Source of the DNA: Hyphochytrium catenoides
Taxonomy: Eukaryota; Protista; Hyphochytriomycota
NCBI GenBank assembly: GCA_900088475.1
Contig: FLMG01004170.1
Span: 1-36,985, forward strand
DNA length: 36,985 nucleotides
Direction: 5' to 3'
The notes beneath the pieces are model-generated. The model had not been told where the DNA came from. It did not search any database and was given only the letters and a program-made list of their open reading frames with translations. Shown one piece after another: positions 1-10,846 of this stretch (within the stretch, counting starts at the first letter, position 1; the number at the start of each line of letters is the position of its first letter). A program made the translations under genes and the position numbers.

Positions 1-167
1 TCTCACATTAACCCTGCCCCCCAGGGCCTTCCCAGACGGAGGAGGAAGTCTGCGGCGTAGGACGGGAAAGGGTATAAGGAAAGGCCTCTTGGTTAGGCTT
101 ATCAGAGTGCCGCTACTACTAATCATTTTCATTAATGGATTTTCCCCTTAGACCACAGTCCCATTCC

Positions 168-360
168 TTACATTCTGGATTGCAGAGAACTTGTGACGGA
201 CACATCAAAGGCCGAGTACTGATAGGATGTCTGATTGCAGTCCGGAAGGAGGTGGCGAGGTTCGCGGGAGACCTTGAGACCAAGATTTCGAAAGGCACGA
301 AAGAGGAGGTCCGTCCTGGACACGGGGTCTGACGTTGATGAGCGCCACCACCATAAGAAC
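168..360 (-). mobile_element. CRE-like non-LTR retrotransposon fragment (region after the zinc knuckle and start of the restriction-like endonuclease)
   Basis: Translates DLLFRAFRNLGLKVSREPRHLLPD...SAFDVSVTS, preceded in another frame by YGGG. The DNA is clearly homologous to 13617-13730 (ctcaa.gt.tcccgc.aacctcg.cacct.cttccg ... cggcctttgatgtgtccg). Confidence 0.72.
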
Positions 361-367
361 TTCAAAT

Positions 368-750
368 AGAAGAAGAAGGAGGAGGAGAAGAAGAAGGCGA
401 AAGAAAAAGGAAGAGGAGGAAAAGAAGAAGAAGAAGAAGAAGAGACGAGAACCCTTGGTCCCGTCCTCAGTTCGATCTCTCCACGCTTCTCATCGCTAAA
501 GGAGAGTCATAGTTGATCATCTCAGTAATAATAAGCTGAGAAGAAGTAAGGAGGAGGAGGTGAGCCACCAATCACAAAGTCGTCACCAGCAAGTACAAGC
601 GCCGCGGGCGAGGCAAGCAAGCGACGGGTCCAGCTGCTCATCAAGAGGAATGCGCTTCGATTTCTATATCTGAAGGTTATTTACTTCATGAGCCGCAAGA
701 GAGAAGATTCTTTTGTAGAGGTGTAAAAAAGCCATGGCCAAGCGTGACCA
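368..750 (-). mobile_element. 3' end and (TTC)n-rich tail of the same CRE-like element
   Basis: Its reverse complement aligns by eye with 13930-14290. Shared blocks include aggcaagcaag.ga, gaggaatg.gcttc, aagccat.gcca, ccttggtc and gaagaagaagagac. Confidence 0.75.
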
Positions 751-1149
751 TATTAAAAAAATAGAAAGCGTCGAAGATGATGGAGAGTGAAGAGATGAGC
801 CCAAGGGACAAAGGAAGAGAGGTACAGGACAAGGGACATGACGAAAGAGATATTAGAGTTAGGCACAGACAACGACATACTTATAGAGAGAGGATGAGGA
901 GAGAGAGTGATGGGCTGAAAGTACTGAAGAAGTGCATCGCGCTTAAGGTGCCAGGGACATCTTTATTTACATCTTCTCCTTTTCCGCTCTTTCGCTTCGC
1001 CACTTGTCGACAGGAGGAGGATGGAAGTAAAGGCGGATTACCCAGCAGGGGAGAGGCAAGAGAAGAAGGGGAAAGCCGGAAAAGGCGCCGAGGAAGACGA
1101 ACAGATGCGGAAGAAGAGGATTGAATCTACACCGACATCATTTAGCTAA

Positions 1150-1330
1150 CCCTTCCCAGAGCCAAGAGGCCCAAGGCGGCGAGGTGGAGGAGATGCGGAG
1201 ACTGCCGGACCTTTTGCTACCAGTCAACAGGAGAGGCAGAGAACTGAGAAAGAGACTGATTGTGGAAAAGGAGGACGTAGAACTACTGAGGGTAGCCGTA
1301 GGTGTAGTGCGCTGTAGAGAGTCGTAGAGC
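1150..1330 (-). mobile_element. Possible further CRE-like fragment (post-RT R..S...P.AS.WL motif)
   Basis: Translates SLRISSTSPPWASWLW, which resembles the conserved motif between the RT and the zinc knuckle in CRE-clade ORFs. This is a single weak motif. Confidence 0.35.
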
Positions 1331-1429
1331 AACTACCCCACATTTTCTCAAGCTTCTGGCTGTTCTCGCATGCCATCTTCAGGACTTCATCTCTCTCTTG
1401 TCCTTCCAGACCCCTTCCTTATGCAGCAG

Positions 1430-1735
1430 TCTATGCCGGCTATCAAGGTCATTTGTCTGAGAAAGTGAAACTGAAGAAATATGAGGTCCTTTGTAAGGCT
1501 GTCGGACTGCAGTTTTTTGTTCCGCTAGTAGTTTGGGAATCCTTTGGGTGCTATTCCTCTGGATCAGCTGAAACCTTCATTCTCTTGTTGCTTGTCCTTC
1601 TTGCGAGGGCTGAGCTCGTTGGTGACGACATGGCTGCTACTGGTGGTTCACCTCCCCCACCTCCTCCTTCTTCTCCGATCATCTTTACTGAGGAGGTCAA
1701 CTATGAATCTTCTTTACTGATGATGAGCATGGATG
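1430..1735 (+). mobile_element. CRE-like element 3' fragment (endonuclease end plus 3' UTR, internally deleted)
   Basis: Translates SEKVKLKKYEVLCKAVGLQFFVPLVVWESFG, matching the K..KY...C.....F.P.V.ES.G pattern. The DNA is homologous to 13750-13840 and 14040-14180. Confidence 0.75.
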
Positions 1736-2682
1736 TAACATTTCCTTCTTTTCAGCGATACGTTGGGAATGTTTCCATCACTCCAAAGGTCACGTCCGTT
1801 ATCAGAGTGGGAGTCCACACTCGCCACTCTTGATGGCTTGTCTTTGCACGTTTAGCTGATAGTGGTAGTCTAGATCTTGCATGTTCTACATAGCGATGGG
1901 ATGTGCGGCTGCCCGCGCTCACAGCACGCTTAAGCTGTAATCACTTCACATTTGCCAGACGATCTGCACTTCAGTTTATGGCGCTAGAGTGTTCCTTCTC
2001 AGGCTTCTTCTGTGCCTACAATTAGCGTACTAGAGAGACGAGTCTCGGGAAGCATCATTCCGAGAGGCTCTAAATGCTACATTCCTCCTTTATTTCAGCT
2101 CTAGTCAAACTAATGACCATCAAAGAAAATCCGCACCTTTTGGGTAGACCGGATTACTTCTCAATGCTCGTCAGTCCAGTGGTAATAAGGTGACGAAATA
2201 AATGTGCGTACCTTGTAGGGCAAACAGTGATCATAGGCACCTTCCGAATCTTCTGAGTCTGTCCACCTGACCTGTCCAGGCAGGCGCACCAAGAGCAGAA
2301 GAGTAGTTGATGTTGCACCCAGAAATGAAGAAAGAAGAGTGTCCAATGTCCAACGTTGGTTACTTCTACAGTGGGGAAAAAGAAGGGTTGTCACAAGTAC
2401 AAGTAATACTAATGCGTGAGAAAAAATGCTCTACTGGAACTGTAACTGAGCTACCACTACCGTATGATACTCCCGTGCAACTACAAGGGCTCTGGACTAA
2501 TAGAGGTACTTAAATATCTCTGCTTCCTTATCCAAATAGTTCGGTAGCCAGAGAGATAAGGCTTACCGTACTTTTCGTTTGACATACTTGTCGTCCGTCC
2601 GTGTGATCGTTGGCAGACAGGGGATCAGGAGCGTGTCAGTAGCGGATGAGGGGAATGCACTTCGGAGGTACCGAGAGAGGAA

Positions 2683-2759
2683 GAGGCCGCAACGCCCCTG
2701 CTGCCGTCAGAACGTGCGAGCCACAGGCAGTAGAAGGCCTACAGGGGCGTTGCGGCCTC
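2683..2759. repeat. Perfect 18-bp GC-rich inverted repeat with a 41-nt spacer (hairpin)
   Basis: gaggccgcaacgcccctg (2683-2700) pairs with caggggcgttgcggcctc (2742-2759). Confidence 0.93.
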
Positions 2760-3007
2760 CACCCCGATCATAGAGACTCTTCTTTCAGACGGCTGACAGA
2801 TCACTGCACTCTTCTTGCCCCGTAAGGTTATGCGACAAAAGTTCACAGTTCGTTGTCGCTAAGGCGATCGCCCAGTTTCTTTGCATGTAGACGACTATGG
2901 ATCCACACGAGGCTCCTGGTCATGCGCAGCCTTAGTTAGACCGCAGGAGAAAGGCGTCCGGGTTTGGAGAAGGGAAAGCTGTAATAGTCTTGCAGAGGCA
3001 AAGAAGG

Positions 3008-6000
3008 ATGAAAACAATGAGCCGTAGACTACCTTCGACGGTAGCTTGCCAACCCTTCTGGTCAGCTGTAACACGCCGCACACAAGGGAAAATTAGGACT
3101 TGTTGTCTCTTCACCTTGGTTCTTCTGTTTCTGTTAGTGACAGAGTACTGCTTCCTCCCGGAAATATCTCTAGCGCGTTCTTTACTATGCACTCCGAGCC
3201 AATCAGAGGACGAGGACTGTCCAACCCCCATTAGACGGAGTCCCGCTCCTTTCTCAGGTTACTGGTGGGGCAGCACATTTTCGCTACTGGCCTTACCGGT
3301 AGCCAACGCCGCTTTTAGTGGCTGGAATCCTTCAGGTCAGTACAGCGCCTAACATTCATCCTTGGTAGGACGGAGAAAGGCATCTTCTTGCACTTGATCG
3401 CACCGTCTAACCTTCTGATATGCAGCAGGGGATGGTCGCGATTTGGAAGAGGCAAACCTGATTCCATTAGCAAACTGAATGCTGCGTACAAAGACACTTC
3501 GCAATACAGTGCCAGCAATGCTCAGCTTGCCCATTTAAACGCGATACTTTGCACTGAGAGATTATGCTACCTCTCAGGAGCCAGCCGTCGGATCTGCACG
3601 CGCGTGGTACCTGTCTCGTCAGCAAACGGTAAGTGCTCTTCTTCTTAAAGCTCTTAACGGCTAGAGAGGACTGACCTAGAGATCTTTGGCTCACCCTCGA
3701 TTCGCGTCCGTCAATGTTCAATCCTCCCTGCAAGCAGACGAGAACTCCAAAGCGCCCAACTTTCCCCCTGCCCAATTAGAGCCAACTATTCAGCCAACTC
3801 CTTAAGCCAGCTTCTCAGCCAACTCCACAGACAACTCTGCAGACAACTTCTGAACGAACTCCACAGCCAAGTCCTCAAATTCTTTTGAACCATCTCCACA
3901 GCCAACTCCACAGCCAACTCCGCAGCCAACTACTGATCCAACTCCGCAGCCAACTACTGAGCCAACTTCGCATGCCAACTTCACAGCCAACTTCTGAACC
4001 AAGCCCACAGCCAACTCCGCAGTTAGCTACTGAGCCAACTCCGCAGCCAACTTCTCAGCCGACTCCTCAGCAAATCTCGCAGCCAACTCCGCAGCCAACT
4101 TCTCAACCACCTCCACAGCCAACTCCGCAGCCAACTACTGAGCCAGTCCCCCAGCCAAGTCTGCAGCCAACTCTGCAGCCAGCTCAGCCAACCCCGCTGC
4201 CAACTTCTCAGCCCGCCTTACAGCAGGCTCCCCCTCCACCCGATGCGAATCAAACGTGGAGGATGGTACCTGACACTGCTCACTGAAGAATCTTTTATTT
4301 CGCCCTCCCACGCGTCGCCAGCCCAAGCTCCACAAGTAGATCCTGGACAATACACCTTGGCGTCACTGCTGCCCTCTCAGGGCAATGACTCCGGACTCTC
4401 ATTGTGGGGCCAGTTCAGCCAGCCCGTCAGTGCCCAGCAACCACTCTTCCGGTCCTATGGTGGCCATAGAATTTGGACGTACCTTTCCTTCAACAGCCAG
4501 AATAAGCAGTTCCTTGAGAGCGCTGCCACCGTGAATCTATTTCTCGCCTCCAAGAGCGGCTTCGCGGCCTTCATGCTCGTGCGCTTTACTTCCAGTACGC
4601 CTGCTTTTGATGAACATTTATTCAGCGTTGGCACCAGCGGCCCTGATAGGACCTGGAATTGGAGTCTCGCCCTCCGACGGTATGGGAACTTTAGTCACCT
4701 CGCCTCTGACTCTGATAATCAGAACCCGCGATCTCTCTGTCTCATCGATGAACCTGGTGCTATCGTTCCCAATCAATGGACAGTCTTTACTCTCAGATAT
4801 TCAAGTGTAACATCAAGGGCCGAGATTAGAGGGATGGTCTCAGTCTGGGATATTCCAGCCGTCGCACAGCGTTCACTGACTTGTCTAACGGTTTCTTTCA
4901 ATCTCAGTGCCAGTCAGCCGGTAGATACTTCTCTAAGCTCTTCAACAGAGGCGAGGCAACTGTCTCCATCCTACCGCCGTTCTACTCTTCTGCTGCCGTC
5001 CAACTATCCGCTTCCGCCTTGGCGCAATCTAATCAGGTGAACCGTAGTGCCTTTGTCTCTTGGGAAAGACTGAGCAGCATTTCCAGTGCATCAGCTCCTG
5101 TCTTCTATAGCAATGGCGGGTATCTCAACGGCCGTTATGTCTCGTTCGATCGCTCTCTCTCATTCTCTACTCAGTAGCTCACGCATCTTTTCTATCGGCG
5201 CCTTGGGGTTCAGCGTCGTAGCCTTGCTCCGACTCTCAGCGACGCCTGGCGCCACTGAGCGTATAGTTCAGCTGAGTGCCGCTGAGAAGATTACTATTGA
5301 AAATTTATCGCTGACTCGCTATTCTGTCTCCGATGCCCTTGCGTTCACGACCCATGAAAGTGCTCGAGTTACCACCTTGCCTGGCATTGTCATCTAGAAT
5401 AAATGGGCTGTTTTCGCTATTCGCTGCTTTGGAGGACCCAGTGAAGCCCTAGAGATAGTCTAGAATGGCGTAAGTGTTGGCCTCTCTTCCTCTTTATGGG
5501 CGGCGCGGGCGGCGCAGCGAGTGTACGGCACCTTTTTTGTCGGCCGAGCCACTGATAGCCCTATAGGACATGCTTTAATGGACATCGGGTCTCTCCATTT
5601 CTTTGACTTTGTCCTCAGCAACAGTCAGCTGGCGGCCATCACCGCCAACCTCTCCTTGGGTTTAAACGTCACAGCTGCCTGCAACCTCTGCCGCTGGCGC
5701 TGGGCCTGCAACGCTCCTCCAATCACTTGGTTCCCCTGCTCGATGCTGGCGTCCACGCTCCTTGACGAGGGCTTTGTGAATGCTTTTAGCGTTAGAAGAG
5801 TGGTCAATAGCTTTGGCTCAAGCCCTGGAACTGCACCAAGATATATTATTAAAAGTCGTGGACTGTCAGATAGGCCTTACATATCTTTTGCACCTGTTCA
5901 ATTCCTCTTCACTGGATCCATGACCACCTACCCTGAGAGTCACCGTCTGACGATCCTGGTGCTGATGCGATTCGTTAGTGCCACGATCGAGGACGAGCGG

Positions 6001-7160
6001 ATACGCTCAGGATTCTTGAAATCAGCAGTATATCTCAGCAGAAACGGCATCGCCCTCCTCCGTCAGGGCACCTCCAATCATCTCGTTTTCCAGGCATAGA
6101 GTGCTGCAGAAACTTATTTTCCGCGTGGTTAGTGCCGCTGGCGCCACGGAAGAAGGCGTTTGGGCTGTCTATGAATTCCGCTTCTCAGCCTCAGCCGTCG
6201 AGCGGAAGTGCTGAAGAATGACCAGAGCGTTGGAAGCGTTGAAGCTCTCCTCACCAACAGAGCCGTCAGCTTCTGGTGGATCCCCGGACAGCCTTCCGTT
6301 GCTGTGCAAAGTAGTGCCCAGGTGGACATTACGACTTTCTACATGTTTGATTTTAGCCTTAGCGACAGCCAGCTGGTCCAGGTCTCCAACAACCTCACAG
6401 CCAACCTTCCAATCAACGCCTCTCGTGTGGTTCCTGCGCCACCAGGCAGTGTCACGGTCCTTCCTTTCACACCTGCGTCGCTGTATCTACAAGCCTCGCA
6501 GCTCAGCCAGACCAATGATTCTGCAGTGATGAAATGGGGCAACGCTGGCTCTGCCTCAACGGCCGGCACTGCGCCTCGCTTCCGGTCTGTGGGCGTGCTG
6601 ATTGGACCCTTTGTCTCCTTCACTCGGACGGCTAAGCAGCGATTGTCTGCATCCTCATCAAGAGACCGGAATGTCACTGGGCTGCCTCTCAGCGGTGGGC
6701 TAACCATTGTGGCACTATTTATTGCGCTTCCAGGTAGCACGGCAGGAAACTCTGAGACCATCTTTGATGCTGGCACGACTACTACCGCGTCCCCTGATAG
6801 CCTGACCTTTCGACGCAGTGGCAGCACCAGCGCGCTGCAGTTCATTCTGTATAACGGGGCCTGTAAGACCAGCGCTTTAGCTATTGTCCAGAATGAATGG
6901 GCAACCTTCGCGGCGCGGTACCATTGCACCAGTGGGCAGACGAGAGTTTATAAAAATGGTGTGAGTCTGGCAACGTAACCGCTTCGGCTTCTCGGAGAGA
7001 CCGAAGTTTGTCCACCTGGCACATTGGTCAGTCAACAACGTCTTGGAATGAAGCATCCTTTGACCTCTCTGCCTTGGTTTTCTTTGACTTTGCGCTGGCA
7101 GACGCTCAGCTGGCGCAGGCGACCTCCAACCTGACCTCAAAGCTGTCTGTCGTACCGCCT
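3008..7160 (+). pseudogene. Decayed gene for a secreted/surface protein: hydrophobic leader, decayed N-terminal domain, QPTP stalk, four tandem LamG/ConA-like domains
   Basis: Four repeats at about 4340-4900, 4960-5700, 5720-6420 and 6450-7150 share motifs: [YF][LVI]SF, G[FL]T/S-hydrophobic strand, E-[HRT]-[LI], L.R.G.S..L.F, IV.N[QEK]WA.F..R[YF], KNG, FD..LS.SQL..+..NL. The reading is broken by in-frame TAG stops (5175, 5395, 5461, 6097) and frameshifts (near 4270, 4880, 5180, 6120-6190, 6980). No introns are evident. The fold assignment is an inference from the motif pattern. Confidence 0.72.
3775..4225 (+). repeat. 12-bp-unit coding minisatellite (consensus CAGCCAACTCCG) encoding a QPTP/QPTS stalk
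   Basis: Repeated cagccaactcc/cagccaacttct units translate as QPTSEPSPQPTPQ... with a frameshift near 3970. Confidence 0.92.
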
Positions 7161-7699
7161 GCCCGGCCCATCGCCTAGGAGCCACTCTTGTTATTTGAGT
7201 CTTACCATGGCTGAAGATGGAGATGCAAGTGATGGACGGAGGGGCTGCGGCGGTGGCGACCCTATATTATTTTATCCTTAAGGCTACAATAATAGCAGAG
7301 AGCTTCGGTCTGGTCCTTGTCCTACTCTTGGCGGTGGCTCATCATCTTTCTTAGGCAATAGAAAGCTCAGGCCGTCAAGCGGTCACCCGTAGCTGCCTTG
7401 AAAGGAGGATCTTCAAGCCTTTTTTCTCTCCTTGACATTGTCATTAAGCCAGCGTCATCTTCGACTGTCAGTTCTGCCTTGACGAAAGAGCTAAGGGGAG
7501 CCAGTATCTTGCCTTCAGCCTGAGCATCTGCGCCTCCTTCGAGGTCTTCTCTTCCTCCTTGTCATACGAGGTTCATTTGCTGGCTGCTGCCGCTGCCTGT
7601 CACGTAGTTATAGCGCCGATAATCTATCTATGTGTCTCCATCACTTCCCTGCTCACCTAGTTGCATCATCACCACCATCAACGCTACTCCTTCTAATCA

Positions 7700-8500
7700 T
7701 TCCTGAAGCGGGAAGGACGCCATGGCAGCAGACGTGGGCCTGAGAACCGAGGACCTGGGTAAAGAACGGACATTACTTCTTCTGTCCTCCGTCTAATTAT
7801 TACGAGCTGACACCCACGGTGACAGGGAGAGGAGCTTCTTGCACAGCAGCAGCCAAGCTCTGTCCATAATTGGTAGCAGGAAGTGACTGTAAGACACCGG
7901 TGACGGCTCAATCTGGCCTTCTGCAGATTGGGAGACCGGAGGTGGGCCTCTGGCTCCGACCTGTGCTTCCTAAGCTATTATATCTTTTTCTTCATAGACG
8001 ATACGACGCTTTTCTACCATGACGCTCTACATATAAAGATCTACATACCCTAACTCCTGCGACCGAGAGCGGTAAGTGCCAGTAGTAGTAGCAGTGGCGT
8101 CCAATGGCACTACTGGCCCACGCCCGGCAGAACAGTGGCGCGTTGTCGTTGGGGATTTCGAGGGAATATGTCGCTAAGCTCAGGAAGCTTCGAAAGTGAG
8201 ACCATTCAGCTCCACATTTGGCCGCTGTCCCATGGCAAGTCCAAGGTTGCTATGTCGATCTCCCATCGCCGTCAGTTTATTAGGGAGAAGCAAGTGCTCA
8301 AGCCTGGTTGCTCAGAGTTCCAACCTTAGCCCATCCTTTTTCTCTTTCTTCCCTCCTACTGAGAGAGCACGTTAAGACCTTCATTATCACCTACAAGACT
8401 CTAATTTGACCGCTCTTATGCGTGTCTCTTAGTAATCTGCCTCCGACCGTAGTCTTTCTACTGCCGCTGAATTCAGTCCGATGGTTAGTGCCAGCACTGT
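7700..8500 (+). mobile_element. Heavily decayed CRE-like reverse-transcriptase region
   Basis: Relics occur in the expected order: DVGLRTEDL at about 7730 (cf. DGLR.EHL), DGSIWPSADWET at about 7905 (cf. DG.IRPIAVGET), ASAQAWLLRVP at about 8290, and LSTAAEF at about 8455. Confidence 0.5.
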
Positions 8501-9397
8501 GTTGCGTCTAACCAATGGAGAAGTCTGGTGTGGCCTGGTAGGAGGTCTTAGGTTAGGTGTCGCCTTTGTTAGCGCCCATGGATAGATGAATCTGTGCAGC
8601 CCAGAGCTCGGCGTGGTCGGGGCCGTTCAGCTAGACGGTGTGGTGCATGCTTTCTTCACCGAAGAAGAAGCCAACGCCTCACGCATGATCTTAGTTAGCC
8701 GGCAGCCCGTCCGCGTCCTGTGTTGCTCGCTGCCTTCTTGTTTGACATGGGGGCTAGTGTCGGTCCCTGCTGCCTCTTCTTCATAGACCATCCCCTCCAC
8801 GTCCGAGCGCCTATCCCTCTTCGTTTGGTAGCATCTTATATGGTCTGGACGAAAAGTCGGCACCAAAAGATGATGCAGCGCACTTCTCACTCGGCAGACT
8901 GATAAGAACACCATCTCTTTCGTCATTACACCCTGGAGATCATTGGGACCGAGAGGGAAAGGAACGACAAGAGGGCAAGAAAAAACTACAGAGGAGATGT
9001 ACAGCCCCGCAGGGCTGAGTAAGCCTAAGAATCATAGTAGGTCCCATTCAGAGCTATCGTCAAGAAGCACAGCTGTCAGACTTGAAGTCTTTGGCTAACG
9101 CCGACGCTGTCATGAGAGGGCACTAGCCTGAAGTATGGACGGAGAGTTTGCTGTCAAGGAGGCAGGCAGCGAGTAGCTATTGAATTGACAGGAAAATTAG
9201 ATACTATATTGAAATCTTAGCTGGGATTATTAGGGGCAGGCAATTGCCTGGCCTCCTCGCGCTCTGTAAAAACAAATGTAAGACATATCTATACCGATGG
9301 ACGGCATTGGTTCACCTCCTTCGACGACAGGGCTCTACATGCAGCCAATTAAAGAGAACTGTGAACTCTGAGGAGCAGAGTTCCTACCACCTGCTCA

Positions 9398-10846
9398 TCA
9401 ACATCCATATATTAGACAGCAGATCCACCCGCAAGAAGGTGGTCGCGGGTTTGGTGTTGGAGCAGGAGGTGGTGGAGTGCGTGAGGGAGTGCGTGAGGGA
9501 GTGGGTGAGGGAGTGGGGGAGGGAGTAGGCCGAGGAACAGGATTGACTCTCGGCGTGGGACTTGGGGTAGGCACTGAAGGTTGGGGAGACTGTCCAGGGC
9601 ACTTGACTGCATTGGAGGGGTCAAAGCCCGCCTTCTTGGCAGCCACACACACGTTTACAAGCCCCTTGCCATAATAATCGTCACGACCAGGAGTACCGAG
9701 GTCCATAGCCGTCTCTTCTAGCGCCTTGCGGACGTCCACATTGGTCCATCCGCGACTTAAGCCATAACTCCAAACAATGGCTGCAGCGCCCGAAACGTGA
9801 GGTACGGCCATCGAAGTCCCCGTCATGACGATGAAAGAACCATCAGGCCCATAACTTCCAACACCCTCACCTGGAGCAACAATGTCCACTTCATTGTTCC
9901 ACTGAGAGCGACTGGACACTTTCCTGTTGGCATTGACCGAGCCCACTGACAACACACTGGGATAGGAGGCAGGATATAGGAATGTTGAGTTTCCAGCATT
10001 GCCTGCAGCTGCGATAACTAGTACTCCACGGTCGGCAAGGCTCTTGTATGCTGCAGCTTCCGTTTCTGAAAATCGCGGCCCGCCGACACTCATGTTTATG
10101 ATGAGTTTTGCGTTGCCTGTCTCTTGCCTGCAGGTGTTCGCAGCAGCTAATATGTCCGACATCCAGTATCGGGAACAAGTGTTCGGAGAGTTGTTGGGAA
10201 TCTTTACAACGTAGAGGTGGATGCCTGGAGCTACTGCGATGCGGGGGTTTTGCCGAGCAGCGCCAATGGTTCCAGCCACATGAGTACCATGTGGATCACA
10301 AGTTTCGTCAAAGTTCCGATATCCAGCGATAGAAGAGCCTTGGAAAGCAGGAATCTTGGCGGCTACCCCTGAGTCAGGGACGCAGATCACCAGTTCCTCT
10401 CTTTTAACTCCAGGCCTAACTGGGGTCTGCAGTGCTCCAATTAAGGACAAGCCGTACAAAGAGTTCTGGATCACCGCATTAATATTGTTGGTGGAGGGAG
10501 GGGGCGAGTTCATTCCGTTGCGTCGAATGTCAAAAGGAATGAGAGTCCGTACGACGTCCTCCTCAACCTTAGCGAACAGCTGACTTGCCCGGAGTCTCTT
10601 GAGCGCCGCTTCTGTCCTGACTTCAATCGCTTTGGCTCCAATACTTCGAAGGTTATGCAGCGGCTTGATATCTCGGTCGTCGTCCAGGAAGCGACTCACA
10701 TTGAGGGCATCGAAATGTCCTATTCTGGGGTAGATGACGAACCGCGTAGATGGAAGAGTGTCTGCAGCGGCTTGGACGCCCGCATTACGGAGGTGTCCAT
10801 CTAGAGATAGGGCTAAGGCTATTAGGGTATATAAGCTCAGCCTCAT
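9398..10846 (-). CDS. Secreted subtilisin-like serine protease (family S8): signal peptide, I9-like propeptide, catalytic domain, Pro/Thr stalk, Cys-rich tail; intronless
   Basis: An uninterrupted 482-aa ORF with the catalytic motifs VPDSG (Asp), HGTHVAGTIG (His), AAAGNAG (oxyanion Asn) and GTSMAVPHVSG (Ser). It has a hydrophobic N-terminus, ends its propeptide at KVEED, and carries PTPS repeats. Confidence 0.96.
   Translation of the reverse strand: MRLSLYTLIALALSLDGHLRNAGVQAAADTLPSTRFVIYPRIGHFDALNVSRFLDDDRDIKPLHNLRSIGAKAIEVRTEAALKRLRASQLFAKVEEDVVRTLIPFDIRRNGMNSPPPSTNNINAVIQNSLYGLSLIGALQTPVRPGVKREELVICVPDSGVAAKIPAFQGSSIAGYRNFDETCDPHGTHVAGTIGAARQNPRIAVAPGIHLYVVKIPNNSPNTCSRYWMSDILAAANTCRQETGNAKLIINMSVGGPRFSETEAAAYKSLADRGVLVIAAAGNAGNSTFLYPASYPSVLSVGSVNANRKVSSRSQWNNEVDIVAPGEGVGSYGPDGSFIVMTGTSMAVPHVSGAAAIVWSYGLSRGWTNVDVRKALEETAMDLGTPGRDDYYGKGLVNVCVAAKKAGFDPSNAVKCPGQSPQPSVPTPSPTPRVNPVPRPTPSPTPSPTPSRTPSRTPPPPAPTPNPRPPSCGWICCLIYGC

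Noticed and set aside
4243-6978. TAG reassigned to an amino acid (alternative genetic code) to rescue the LamG-like gene
   Set aside because: The gene also has several frameshifts. The intact genes, including a 1,929-nt VPS13 exon and the 482-aa subtilisin, contain no in-frame TAG. Pseudogenisation is the simpler explanation.
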